Assembly: GCA_012295275.1 (NCBI GenBank)
Contig: CM022667.1
Span: 6,076,001 to 6,140,000, forward strand
Direction: 5' to 3'
Source of the DNA: Chrysomallon squamiferum
Lineage: Eukaryota > Animalia > Mollusca
DNA: 64,000 nucleotides
Of the stretch, positions 1 to 12,900 are shown piece after piece; positions within the stretch are counted from its first letter, which is position 1; every line of letters starts with the position of its first letter. The notes below the pieces were generated by a model, which saw nothing but the letters and a program-made list of their open reading frames with translations, was not told the origin of the DNA and did no database searches. The position numbers and the translations under genes were made by a program.

Positions 1-182
1 TGAAAAAATATATTAGACATGTACAGTATTAGCTGAGATTTACTATGATAAGATGCAGATTACTTTTTATGTAAACAATTACAAACACACCAGTATAGTT
101 GTAAATTAATCACTTTTCAGATGAAGGTTCATTGTTGCACGAATCAGTTCGAAAACATGAATTCAGGTTGTTTTTTTATTAC

Positions 183-482
183 CATAGATGAAAAGATGCT
201 GTTCATTCGTTAAGGTTTTGAATCCAAATTCATTAAAAGACAAAACTCGAATCAGATATCTGGTGTTTGGTTGTAAACTAGAAATCTCTGCTGTGTGATT
301 TGTGTGAAGACCTTTTTCACCAAACTGTTCATTGAGATTTGTCCACTCAGATGTTGTGTCTGCTCGATACTGTACAAGAAATGTTTGTTGTGATCCTCGA
401 TTAAATTCTTCTGTCCAAGACACTGACACTGAATGTGGACCAGTACTCCAAGTTCTCACATCAGAGGGAACAGTTGGAGGAC
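183..482 (-). CDS. Gene A: fibronectin type III exon (TM and tail lie off-window)
   Basis: 300 nt, AG/GT bounded, phase 1-1. Reads GPPTVPSDVRTWSTGPHSVSVSW...FLVQYR...W...LQPNTRYLIRVLSFNEFG, with the FN3 W, Y and LxPxTxY signature. Confidence 0.9.
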
Positions 483-1012
483 CTTTGAGCTTAAATATGT
501 TGACTGCATTTATAATTTTGCTTTGATAAATCTTTTCTGAAAATGTCCCATCTTGTGGCAAAGAGAATGAGGAAATGTTATCAAGGGTTTGAAAAAGAGA
601 TGCAAATGCTAAGCAATTAATAAATATTATCAGGCAGCTGAAAGTTACTGACTAGCTGACAGCAAAAACAAAATGATAATAAAATAAAACAATTAAAACA
701 AAACTATTATTTAGATTTTTTTCACTCAAGGCAGATAGCTAAACATTAAAAAGTGTAACACCAAAGAGTAAAATTAAGCTTGAAGCTGAAAAGTAAGAAT
801 CTGTTAATTGATTAAAACATGCAGCTGTTTAGTAGGTACTTCCGAAAACTTTATAATAAAAATATATATTTAGTACGTATAAACAAAATAATATATATAA
901 AGTAAATAAATATTTTTCCTCTGTCTATTAATATTGAACTTGATCAAAAGGAATTCATTTCTTGTTTTAAAATAATAATAATAATAATAATGTACAAGTT
1001 TGATGTTTTTAC

Positions 1013-1318
1013 CTTCTGCAGTAACACTTAGTTTTACAAAAAGATCTGTTCTTTTTTCCCTGTTTGACACAACCACCAGATACATTCCAAAATGTTCTTG
1101 TTTGACATTTGTCAGTTTATATTCACCAGCAGCAGACACATTTGTAATGAGTATAGGTTGTGTAGATCCAAGACTTTCAGTTTTTACATCTGTGAGTTTA
1201 TACCAGGTAAATGTTGGAACTGGATAGGCAATCACAGAAATGTGTAGAGTTACATTTCCACCTTCTTCAGCAACAAATTTGTTCTGAAATGTAACTCGAT
1301 GATCCAGTCTTGGTGAAC
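1013..1318 (-). CDS. Gene A: Ig domain 5 exon (cysteine-less I-set-like)
   Basis: 306 nt, AG/GT. Reads SPRLDHR...GGNVTLHISVIAYPVPTFTWYK...HFGMYLVVVSN. Confidence 0.9.
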
Positions 1319-2058
1319 CTGAAAAAGTCAAACTAGTGATTACTGTTATCAGTAAGGACCATATTAAAACAAATATTTACTTATACAAATTTAACTCTAT
1401 TATAACACTAATTTAACATGATATAAAATAGCAACACATAAAAATGACATTTTTTTTTATGTACTTATTGATTTTTGACTTTTTGTTAAACCACAATAAA
1501 GATGATTTCAAAATAACATAGTATTTTCATTTTAATCTTTCAGTAATTAATCTGGGGCTGATTTAAATTACAAAAATAAAATGTGGAGGGTACTTTCTTA
1601 TTATTTCATTATGAATAATAAGAAAAAAGACTACTAAAGCAAAAACACATAATTTGTTTTTCATTTTTGATTTCTTTTGAATGTTGTAGCTAAAATGACT
1701 GCAAGTTCAAAATTAAGGTGAATTACAAAAGGCTGAGAATATCAACTTTTAAAATATATATATACACACACACACGCACATAAATACACAGTCAAACACA
1801 TTTTGAAGATGCCATGTTTATTCAATTTTATCCTTGGGATACTGAGAAAGAAGTGAGCTGTTACCCATTCTTAATGAATAAATCCAGACTTTAGTGTATG
1901 ACATTTCCAAAACTAATGATCCAATGCAAGAAATAATGTAGCATTTCACATCAGATTTCAATAAGGTAAAACTTGATGTGACATAGAATGACCCATATTT
2001 TAAGTGATATCTTTCAATATTATTAAACTAGTACAAATAATGTTACAGCATTACATAC

Positions 2059-2337
2059 ATGTAACATTAAGCTGCACACTTTGACTGACATCAGACTTGA
2101 TGTTGTTTCCTGCTTCACAAGTGTAAAATCCTGTATCCAGACATCCAGCTTCATTCCAGCTGTACTCCACTGACTTGGAGTTTTTCACTTCACGTAGAAT
2201 GTGTGAGTTGTTTAACAGTTTGATGTGAGATGCTGGATTACTGTCAACTTCACATCTCAGAGACACAGGAGTCAGTTCATCAACTGTTATCTTTGTAGAC
2301 TTTGAGTTTAAAGTGAAAGATGTTATAGAAGTCTGAT
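2059..2337 (-). CDS. Gene A: Ig domain 4 exon
   Basis: 279 nt, acceptor cag, donor gtatgt. Reads SLRCEVDSNPAS...CLDTGFYTCEAGN. Confidence 0.9.
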
Positions 2338-2995
2338 CTGTAAGAAATACAACAGAATATGGTGTATTGTGTCAAACACAATTCAGCATTAAATGACAAG
2401 GTTTATATTCAGTAGTTGTAATCATTTATCTGTTCGGTTGTTAATTTATCATTTTAAATTTTGATACATAACATTATATGCTTTAGAAAAAAATAAAGAA
2501 GAAAAGACGGAAAGAAAAGGAAGGAAAAGAAAAAAGAAAATAATTTTATTAATAAAAAATTGTATTTGCTTTATTAAATAGCAAATCAAAATTTTTGTTC
2601 TGTATATAACTGAAATGTTTAGGAAAAGCACCAGGATAGAATTTATGTTCAAGCAAAAGAATAGAGTATCTAGATATCACTCTTGCAAAACAAATTATTT
2701 TGGAGTCAGTGAAAGAAAAATAATCAAATAATGAAGAATTAATGATCATTTTAGAAAAAAAAAACCTGATGTTAATGAAGAAAAGGCTCAGCAGGTAATA
2801 AACTGATGAGGAATACTCTTTCATAATATAGTAATGAATAGTACTTACTCAGTAAAAGAAGAAATATGTAACTTTGTAAAAGTGTTAGTCGCTTTATACA
2901 AATTACTTTCATTTGATATTTAGTGACATATCTTAAAATGTAGGTACATTATATAGTTATTAATTAAAGTTATTAATTAATAAAACTAAACTCAC

Positions 2996-3253
2996 ACAGG
3001 ACATCCAGTGTAAGTGTTGTGTACTTTGATTTGTTTGAGTTTGTGTTGATAGCTGTACACGTGTAGACACCAGCCTGTGACTTGTCTACATCATTTAAAG
3101 TCAACACAGCACTTGTAGACTTTGTGTGAGTTTTAAATTTCCACGTGAAAGAACAAGATGTACGACAATCTGCTTCACACAACACAGCCACATCATCACC
3201 TTCCTGTGCTGTCAGTGCAGAACTCACGTTTACTTTTACACTGTCTGGTCCAT
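2996..3253 (-). CDS. Gene A: Ig domain 3 exon (C2-like), acceptor mutated AG>AC
   Basis: 258 nt open frame GPDSVKV...CEADCRTSCSFTW...QAGVYTCTA with donor gtgagt. The acceptor reads tttac here versus tttag in gene C. Confidence 0.8.
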
Positions 3254-3692
3254 GTAAAGTACAAATAAAGTATAATATGTAGTTTTGTGCTCTGTCTCTG
3301 AAAAACTCTTTCATATACATATGTCTTTGTATATTGTATTTCATACAGAAAATCTGAATTTCTTACAACAGAAAACATATATCTTTTCGCGTTGTTTATT
3401 AATAAATTGGATTATACATGAACATGAGGTTTAGTATAAATTTCTATTAATCTATGTAGATGTGCGCGCGCTCGCGCACACGCACACACATACATATGTA
3501 AATAAATAACAATGTTCTAGCTATACTTACAGTAAACTAATCATATTTCTAAGGTTTGGGTGAATGCTCGTTGAAACCAGACAATGTTCTACAAATAAAA
3601 CTTATTAAATTATACTCGCAGTAAGATATGGTTAAATTATTTTGTAACAGATGATCGAGTTCTATGAATTAACATTATTAAACTATACTTAC

Positions 3693-3953
3693 AGTAAACT
3701 GAGAGTTGAAACTCTTCAGATTTTTCCACTGATATAGTCGGGTTGTTTGCTGTACATTTATATATTTCACCTGTCTGCTCTCTACTGATGTGTGTCAGAG
3801 TTAACTGAGAAGTTGTAGAACGTATATGACTGTTGAGTGACCAGGAATAGGAACATGTAGGATTACAGTCAGAAGTACAGGTAACTGTCAGAGTGTGACC
3901 TTCTACAACTGTACCAGGTGATGTTGGACTCAGTCTGACACTCTCTGGACCAT
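3693..3953 (-). CDS. Gene A: Ig domain 2 exon (C2-like)
   Basis: 261 nt, AG/gtaagt, manually translated as GPESVRLSPTSPGTVVEGHTLTVTCTSDCNPTCSYSWSLN...GEIYKCTANN. Absent from the ORF track. Confidence 0.9.
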
Positions 3954-4453
3954 CTGAATGTACAAATGTGATAACTGCTTAAAAATTACGTTTGATTATA
4001 TCATATAATTTATATTTCAGAATCTGTGATGCCTAAAACAAAAATATACTTCAGACTTTGCCCCTAAATTTAGGAGTTATAAGTCATCATTATAATTTTA
4101 GCAGTGTCTTGGTAGATATCAAAAGAACTGTTCTTTTGCCATTTAAATGTTAAAAAAGTTATTAATGTTTTAAAAAATTAAAATTTAAATAAATAAAATA
4201 AATAACTAAACAAATAAATATATATAAATAAAAATAAAATAAAATAAAATAAAATAAGTAAACTCAAATATTTAAAAATTACCATCTTCACCAAAAGTGG
4301 AACAGCCGTCAAGATTGAATCTTTAGAAACGTAATTTCACAAAGCGGCCATTACTTAATTTTACTGGATGATGAGGAATAACATAACTCAAATTTCTAAT
4401 TATTATTTTTATTTTATTCTGATTATTACTATTTCTTCTTCTTCTTCTTCTTC

Positions 4454-4488
<35 letters not shown>

Positions 4489-4705
4489 TTTGTCATTATT
4501 ATTATTATTATTTATTAATTACTTATTTATTTATTTAATTTAATATATTGTATATAATTGAAGAGTTGAAGAATAGTATCAACAGTTCAATTAAAGACCT
4601 CAAGAGGTATCAACAACAAATGAGATACATAAACATATTTATGTGAAATATTATATGTTCAGAAATGTAACAGAATTACATATTGAACAAGAAATATAAT
4701 TTAAA

Positions 4706-4736
<31 letters not shown>

Positions 4737-4759
4737 ACAAAAAAAAAATCTTAACTTAC

Positions 4760-5089
4760 ATATTTTAGTCTTATTGCATGTAGATGGATTTCCATTAGCT
4801 CCATCCTGACAAGTCCAGACTCCAAAGTCTGTTGCTGTGTTAAAAGACTGGATAGTGAGAGTAATAGTCTGTGTTGTTGAGTCAATGTGAGCAGAGTAAC
4901 CAGTGAAACCAGACAACAGTCGACATCGAGTATTTTGTGTGCTATACTGAACAACATTTTGTGATGATCCAGAATTAGGTCGAGAAAAGAGAATTCCACT
5001 TCTAACAGTACCACTAACTTTACACACCAACAGTGTTCTGTGTCCTTGTTGTCCACCACCCATACACTCAAGTGTTGTAGTAGCCTCAC
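4760..5089 (-). CDS. Gene A: N-terminal V-like Ig exon
   Basis: 330 nt, cag/gtaagt. Reads LVCKVSG...ITLTIQSF...DFGVWTCQDG. Confidence 0.85.
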
Positions 5090-5490
5090 CTGTAATTATT
5101 ATTAAATATCAGGTATATCTATTATTTCTAATATTAGTTATTTTACATTCTGAGTACTTGTTGTACATACAGTCAAGTGTTGTAGTAGCCTCACCTGTAA
5201 TTATTATTAAATATCAGGTATATCTATTATTTCTAATATTAGTTATTTTACATTCTGAGTACTTGTTGTACATACAGTCAAGTGTTGTAGTAGCCTCACC
5301 TGTAATTATTATTAAATATCAGGTATATCTATTATTTTAATATTACAGTCATTTTACATTCTGAGTACTTGTTGTACATACAGTCAAGTGTTGTAGTAGC
5401 CTCACCTGTAAGTATTATTAAATACCAGGTATATCTATTATTTTTAAGATTACAGTTATTTTACATACAGTCAAGTATTTTATAATTATT
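5062..5490. repeat. ~105-bp tandem repeat duplicating the V-exon splice acceptor and first 24 coding nt
   Basis: The unit 'agtgttgtagtagcctcacctgtaattattattaaatatcagg...' recurs, with acceptor AG at 5090, 5195, 5300 and 5406 (period 105/105/106). Confidence 0.95.
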
Positions 5491-5781
5491 ATAAAACAGT
5501 AATAGCAGATGTCATATGTAATACTGCTTGAAATGAAAATATTACACCAATGAAAATATGTTTTTAAAAAATCAATTTAAAAAACTGATTGATCCAGAGA
5601 TACTTTCGCTTTCCTAATTAGAGATAATAATCTAATTTTTATGTTTTTCATTCACTTTATCTTCTAACCAAACATTTTAGGATTTGATTATTTGTATGAT
5701 TGTGTCTGCGGGTCCTTAATCTTTTAACCCAAAATACTAAAACAAGTTTGTGTAAGCTTATGTCAGTGTCTCAGATTTTAC

Positions 5782-5842
5782 CTTTAACTACAGAGATGAG
5801 AGAAATGACGAGGGTAACTCCACTGATGATGTTGTTAATCAT
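5782..5842 (-). CDS. Gene A: signal-peptide exon
   Basis: MINNIISGVTLVISLISVVK(G), phase-1 donor gtaaaa, acceptor at 5849-5850. A likely 5'UTR exon donor gtaagt lies at 6712-6717. Confidence 0.85.
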
Positions 5843-8800
5843 TGTAACCTAAAAACAAACGTAGAAATAACTGAATAAATTAACATATTAATATATTTAT
5901 TTATTTGCTTCATGCAAGCATAATTATGATTTAAAAAGATGACAGGGTTTATTCAAATATTTTCAATTCACTCAGTTTGACAGATTATAGAAATTATATA
6001 TTATAAAATTATTATGTAATTGTTGGCTCAACGTTTTAACATTTATTCCTGTTATAATAATATAAACGGAAATAATATCACAACATATCAACATTTGATA
6101 TACTCACTAACTCGATTACAGTTATTATTATTATCATCATCATCATCAACAGCAGCAGCATCGTCATTATTATTATCATTAAGATAATTTTCTGGCAAGA
6201 ATGATACAAATTTTAACATTTTCTTTAATATCTTGCTTTAACCAATTTTATCGGCAAAAAAATTAATAATTTTATTCAAAGTCGAATTCATCATTTTTTA
6301 ATTAAATACTCTAAGTTGATAGGTTCATACAAACATAAAGAAAGATACAGTGCGATATATGGGTGTGTGCGAGTGTGTGAGTGTGTGTGAGAATGTGTCT
6401 ATGTATGCACACAGACACACACGCACTCACACACACGTCTTCTCAAAGGCTTCAAATACATTCAAGGGTTAAAGTGCTGAGTAACAGTTTACACTCCCAC
6501 GCTGTGTAAACAAGCACTTTCCAAATATAGAATACCTGACCTACATAACCTGTTAACTCGAAACACACTTTTAGCTTTTTTGTCAAACAATAGAGATAAA
6601 ATATATATTCAAATAATTTATGATCTTTATAAAAAAAATAATGATCATAATAATATATTGATTATACAATGTACTGTGATATAATACATTAAAAAAGAAG
6701 AAGAAAAAAACACTTACAGATATATTTATCTGCATGAAGAAGAAATGTTCAGCAAGTAAATTAAACAGCTAGGTCTCACCCGTTCAACTGTCGATCGCTT
6801 TACTGGTCTCCTTTCATTGATATTTTTTTTTATATCTCTTTCACATTTACAAACAACTAATACCAGTGGACTTAGTTTCGATAGATTACTAAACACCTAT
6901 AAATAAAATTAATACGAATATCTTTGTTGACACACAACTCGCTCGTTCCGAATTTCAAACTTAAATTATTGCCATCTGATCTTTAACAGATGATTAGTTT
7001 TAGCTCAATTTTGTCTAATTTGTAAAGTTAATTAGTCTTTAGAGATGTGCCAAACTGAACGAAGCAACCTGCACATATAAGATTACATCAACAGTGACAC
7101 CTGCTGTGCTGCTATTTTATTTAGATCATTACAAACTAGTACATTTATTTAAAAATATTTTTAAATTCACATTCAACTCCTTACTGTATATGATTTAAAT
7201 ATTTCATTAAAAGATCATAACATCATTAATTTGGAAAGTACTGAAGAAAAACATTTTTTTTTTTTTACAGATATCTCTTATTTTTTGTTTTTTGTTGGTG
7301 ACTGAGCAGTATGTACAAGTCTCAGGTAAAGCAAACTGTTAAGTAATCAGTACAACAACACACACACATTTATTGTGTGTGGATTTAGTGCAATAGGGTC
7401 ACGTTGTAAACTATAATTATATAAAATTGTGTAAAACGACAAGCTCACTTTCCTCAGCTACAGTTTCCTAATTTATAGTCAGTGGGAATTTCAAATTTTC
7501 ATACTCTTTTATAATCCTGTTTTAAATTTACTTTCTTCAGATAATAACTTTTTTTTTTGCGAATTATTACATGAGACAGAGGTCAGTTTTTCAGTAGAGA
7601 TACAATTCTCAGTGGTAACACTAATTGATTTCGTTTTATGATGATAATGACGGACACACCGAACGACATTTTGTCGCAAAGATCACAGTTTAGGTCAAAA
7701 AGTGAATTTTATAAAAATTAATTTATTTTTCTTTTATTTATTTATTCATTTATCCACTCTTCTTATCTGTTTATCTGTCTGTCTATCTATCTATTTATAT
7801 ATAGACTTGGATACACACCTCCGTTCACAGACAGAGAAAGAGTCACAGGTAATTCAAACGTCGATTACTTCCCTTGGTATATAAAGAGCAGTGTGTTAAG
7901 CGTTCCAGGGTCGCGTGTTTCTGCGGTGCAGGGCCTCTTCACACAACACATATCTCCACCGAGATTTTAAACAACTTAGTAACTGACTGACTCAGTTGAC
8001 TGACTGATATTTGTTTTGTTATAAATGTATAGTGTCAGTATGTTATACTGATTCTGTGAACCAGTTTATTTGGAGAGGGGGGACGTAAACGACGGTCAAA
8101 AGGGCCGGAGTTGCTAGGGGGAGAGTCTAAGGTGATGCCTCCCCCACCATCCAAGAATTTGTTTTCAATCTACAATGCAGGAAACATTAAAACACATATC
8201 TGCTGTGCATTACGACACAGGCCTGTTAAGACTTAATACAGTTCACATCGTCAGACGATTGTTTAGTTTTTTTTACACACCCTCGTGGACTGAACAGACT
8301 TTGGAAGCATGTGTAGACTCAGGTAGCATCTGCGGAACTGTGAACATTACACGAAATGTTAACGAGTTTGAACTGAACTGCAGTCATGTAATGAAAGATG
8401 ATTTCTTTAACAAAAAAAAGGCAAACAGTGTTTCATTAGTAACTTTTTTGATAAAGTCATTTTCTACACTGAATTAAATTGATGATTTTTACATGCATGT
8501 ATTAATTACTAATACAGTTTCCGTCAAATTTGGAAATTCAAAAATAAATGTATTTCTGATTATGTTTTCTTATTAGGTGTGTCATTTATTGATTTTGTTA
8601 TTTATTTAATTTTCCAAAATGTAAAACAAACATCATTCGTGTATCGGTTCTCATAAATGTTTGAAATTCGTTAACTCGAACCTCCAGATCCCTTCCAGTT
8701 AGAAATATCGATCTTTATCTATCTATCTATCTAATATAGATGCATGCGCGCGCGTGTGTGTGTGTGTGTGTGTATTTATGTGTGTGTATTTGTGTGTGTG

Positions 8801-9132
8801 TTTGTAAGTAAAAACAAAGAAATAGAATTACTCTTTATTCAAAATTAAATATTAAATGTTATTGTAATTCGGAGTCTAGTCATGACAACAACAAAAAAAA
8901 GAGTAAATAAATAAAAAATTATATATATATAGTCAAGTTAGTAATCTTTGAAGTTAGAATATTCCTCTCTAATTCACTTACTGATGAACAAACATACACC
9001 TCTCACTATGGATGTTACTTAATCACTATCTGAAAATATCCTCGAATATGATATTTAGTTCACTTTCCTTGACATCACAGTCCTTTAAATAAACAAATAT
9101 GATATACAATACACAAACAGAAACGTCTGGAT

Positions 9133-9242
9133 TTAGTCTGTGACTTGTGAGTTTTCATAGACAGTGAGTACAGAGTATGTTGAGTCTTTTCTAGCTTCCA
9201 GTGATGAGTAATGGTTTGCGTACTCTGAGTTATTGTCAGTAT
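9133..9242 (-). CDS. Gene B: last cytoplasmic exon with ITAM
   Basis: In phase 1 it reads (D)TDNNSEYANHYSSLEARKDSTYSVLTVYENSQVTD*. Acceptor tttcag. Confidence 0.85.
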
Positions 9243-10160
9243 CTGAAACATAAACCACAATTTAATAGCTGGACAGCGTTAATACTACTATTAGTAGTAG
9301 GAGTACTGATAGTAAAAGTACTACGTATAGTGGCAGTAACCACATATCTGCATGTCATCGGTAAAACCAAATTTAAACTTTTTCTCTGTAATATTATTTG
9401 TTTTCACTCCTGCTTGAGAACACTGAGAGTTTCTACTGACTGTTATTTTATTTAAAAAACTATTTCACTGAAATACTGTCTTTAAACTCTACCATTTAAA
9501 TATTGGTATGAACTATTTAAGATGTTTTTCAAAATTCCTCTTAGATCAGCTACTGAACGCGGACATGTATTTCTTAGATTATTGATTCACTTCTGAGGAG
9601 CGTAGTCATACTGATTTGGATTTGTTTTCTACAAAATAGATAACTTAATTTTTATAGACTTTTTTAAAGATGGCGTCGCCCATTTCCTGTGCTGCTCAGT
9701 GCATTTTTTTAATCGATTCACAAGAACCGTGAACTGCAATCGCCAAACACTAACCTCCAAAAATCATCACAGTTCAACCCACAGACTTTAGATAGTTCAA
9801 TCATTCAACGTTATGCCATGTTTTGTTTTTCTCTTCTTCTTTGGGTTTATTTGGGTTTTATTATGAGTTATACGATGTGCAACTTATGTTGTATTTACAT
9901 CTGTCAGTGAACTTGATATGTCTGCAGTCGTGTTTTAGGAGAGAGCCACGATGCTTGCCATGGTAATCAACGACGAGTTATAATTGTTGTGCTACTGGTG
10001 TGGTGCAGCTGAATACAATTTGTAACAATTTTCACAAAACTCTGATGAATGGACACCTGCGATATTGACAATTTTTCTGGGCTCTTCAGGAAACCCTACA
10101 AGACAAGCACCAGTGTATTAACAGTTAACTATTTGTTTTGTCATATTTAAAAACACTTAC

Positions 10161-10219
10161 CTTGATTTCGCTGAAGATCATCATAGATATGTAATTCCTG
10201 TACTGTAGTGTTAAACTGT
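10161..10219 (-). CDS. Gene B: cytoplasmic exon 2 (59 nt)
   Basis: (R)QFNTTVQELHIYDDLQRNQ, tttcag/gtaagt, phase 2-1. Confidence 0.85.
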
Positions 10220-10275
10220 CTGAAAGAAACAAAACATTCAGTTATAATAATTTCAAGAGTCACACATACACACAG

Positions 10276-10309
<34 letters not shown>

Positions 10310-10454
10310 CTACACACACGCACGCATGTAGAAATATGCACATACACTAGGTTTAATTATTTTAATATAATGCTGTCAACTTTGTTGTGATAAATTACTC
10401 TAGATTTTGTTTTAGCATTAGATCAATTTTAGCATAAGATCAACACACACACAG

Positions 10455-10492
<38 letters not shown>

Positions 10493-10712
10493 ACAGACAA
10501 ACACACAGTATTTGTATATTTCTGGTTATAAAAAGATAAAAAGTAAAATATACATTTACTTTTATTTTAAGTGAAAGAAGAAAATTACTCTATCAGTATT
10601 TTTGTATTTCATTTTATTGATAAATAGTTATTTATATACTGTTAAGTAACAAATATCCTCCAAAAGTAATATTTTCTTATTAATGCAAAAATTCAAAGTA
10701 ACTTTTAGCTGC

Positions 10713-10759
<47 letters not shown>

Positions 10760-11167
10760 AATAAATAAATAAACAAATAAACAAATAAATAAAATATTAA
10801 CAAAAATTATAAAAAAATAAATAAATAAATTAAAAGCTTATCTAAACAGTTTAAATTATCTTTGTAAAAGTCTAGGTATTGTCTTACTATTCTCGAGTCC
10901 TCCAGCTTCAGAGTGTAGAATATGCCAATTAGAGCAGTATTAGAATTTAAAATACAATAGAATTTGTTTTATATTTGCATGCTACTAAAAGTCACTAATA
11001 TTCTGAACGTGCTGTCTAATGTCTAAGTAGTTCACTTTATCAGACGCCTGATGCGTCGACTTCCTACTCTATATGTACGTATAACTATATGTCTGTGTGT
11101 GTTTCTGTCTGTGTGTGCGTGTATCCACACATACATCTGTGAGTTTGTGTATGTGTTATATAATTAC

Positions 11168-11201
11168 CTGTGTGCGTATATGTGGTCTGCCTTTGCCTTT
11201 T
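11168..11201 (-). CDS. Gene B: cytoplasmic exon 1 (34 nt)
   Basis: (E)KAKADHIYAH(R), tttag/gtaatt. Phase 1-2 bridges the TM exon and the 59-nt exon exactly, and gene C has a homolog of the same length. Confidence 0.75.
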
Positions 11202-12371
11202 CTAAAATAAAATAAAACAGAAATATTAAAAGTGAATGTAAAACATTATTTCCTTTATCAGCCCGTTATTACGACACACATTTCAACAGTTATTTGTAAT
11301 AAATTCCATTAAAGATTTACATAAACATTCTGAATTGTTAATAATAATAATTGTAATCAAAAAAGAAAATAAGAGATAAAAAGAGAGAAATTAAAATTAA
11401 ATAAAATTTAAAAAAATACCCAGAGGAAAAAATAATTAAGAATTAAAAGATAAGTTAAAACAAAAAAACACTTTGATAAAAAAATAGAATAAATAAGTAA
11501 GTAAACAAATAAATAAATAGAAAAATAAACAAACAAATAAATTAATAAATAATTGTATTAAGATGGCCATAAGTTAATACAATTCACCTTTTTTAATTAA
11601 ATAAACAACTAAACTGACTCCCGCTATAAGCAGTACTACTGCCATTGTTATAACATGAATTCCTATTCGTTTTTGAAGTATTCTGTCATTTTATACTATA
11701 ATTACTATACAAAGAAAAATAGACGGGTGAAATATGCTTAATATCTATATTTCTAAATAATTTTCTGGAAATAAGTTAATAAATGACCTAGAGAATTCTA
11801 ACATTTAGAAAAGCTAAAAAGAAAGTAATAATAAAAATGAGAAAATATATCTTCTGTTTCTAAATAAAACGTAATCTGTGTAGATTCCAAATCACAGAAC
11901 TGTCAAAGAACCCAGGTGCGAGGATAATTTTTAGTTCCTAATTATTGTTTTGATTTTTAAACTTTTTTGTATTATTATTGAGCCTTAAAATTTATATTAA
12001 ATTATAATTTTACATTAATACAATAATAATAAAAGGGGTTTCAGTGACATTAATTTTAGTACACCCTGCTACAATCCACACATCAATATCAGGCATTACT
12101 ATCATCCAGTAGTTTCAGTGAAATTCTGCAAATAATAAATGTGTTAACTTTTTCTAGGTAAAATATCTCAAAAAGTGTTTGTACTTCAACATTGTTACCC
12201 TCTGTCAGTATTTCCTCGTCCTTTGTAAACATTTTGGAAGCAAATTTGTTAAAATGCAGAATTTGTTTTTTTAACAAAAAATAGAAAATTAGTAAGATTC
12301 AATAAAATAATCTACTTTTCACACATGTTTTAACATGATAGACAGTCATGAATTTATTCACAAAAAAATAA

Positions 12372-12402
<31 letters not shown>

Positions 12403-12542
12403 ACAGCAAACAAAATATACCATTTTGAAGCTTTCAGTGCTGGACAACACTTAAGATCATTTCATGTCTTTCAGTCATTCAGATGTCCTTTATAAAAGCG
12501 TGTATTACAGAGAAGTAAGATTAATAAACAAAAAATGCATAC

Positions 12543-12680
12543 CGCAAGATGATGATGTGTTTTGCTTTCTTCGTCTAAGGAACAATACAAGGAGAACAAC
12601 AACCACAATGACAAGAACAACAACACCAGCAGCAACACCACCTGAAACTGCCACAATCTTAGAACTTCCTGGATCTTTTT
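12543..12680 (-). CDS. Gene B: transmembrane exon
   Basis: 138 nt. Reads KDPGSSKIVAVSGGVAAGVVVLVIVVVVLLVLFLRRRKQNTSSSC, a hydrophobic span followed by a basic stop-transfer. Confidence 0.9.
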
Positions 12681-12900
12681 CTGCTAACAGATTTACAAAT
12701 AAGAAAAATGTGAATTTTCTATATGAAATGTTAAAAAATGTAATTACGTTAAAACTTAAAATTAATAATTTTAAAAATGCTAAAAGCTTACAGATATTAT
12801 CAAGACAGCAAATATAATTTCAAGATGCAAGAATATATATATATATATCCTTTTCATCAATTTCCTTTGTTATTTCAGAGTATCAGTCTGTTAATTTTAC

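Noticed and set aside
5062-5490. CRISPR-like array
   Set aside because: The units are contiguous near-identical 105-mers with no unique spacers, in a eukaryotic intron.
8070-8477. ORF 8175-8477 and its copy 37652-38056
   Set aside because: No recognisable domain or splice context. Conservation is explained by the recent duplication, and the GC-rich start looks like an interspersed repeat I cannot name.
12464-12817. Plus-strand Thr-rich ORF (also 42046-42399)
   Set aside because: It is the antisense shadow of the Val/Gly-rich TM exon.
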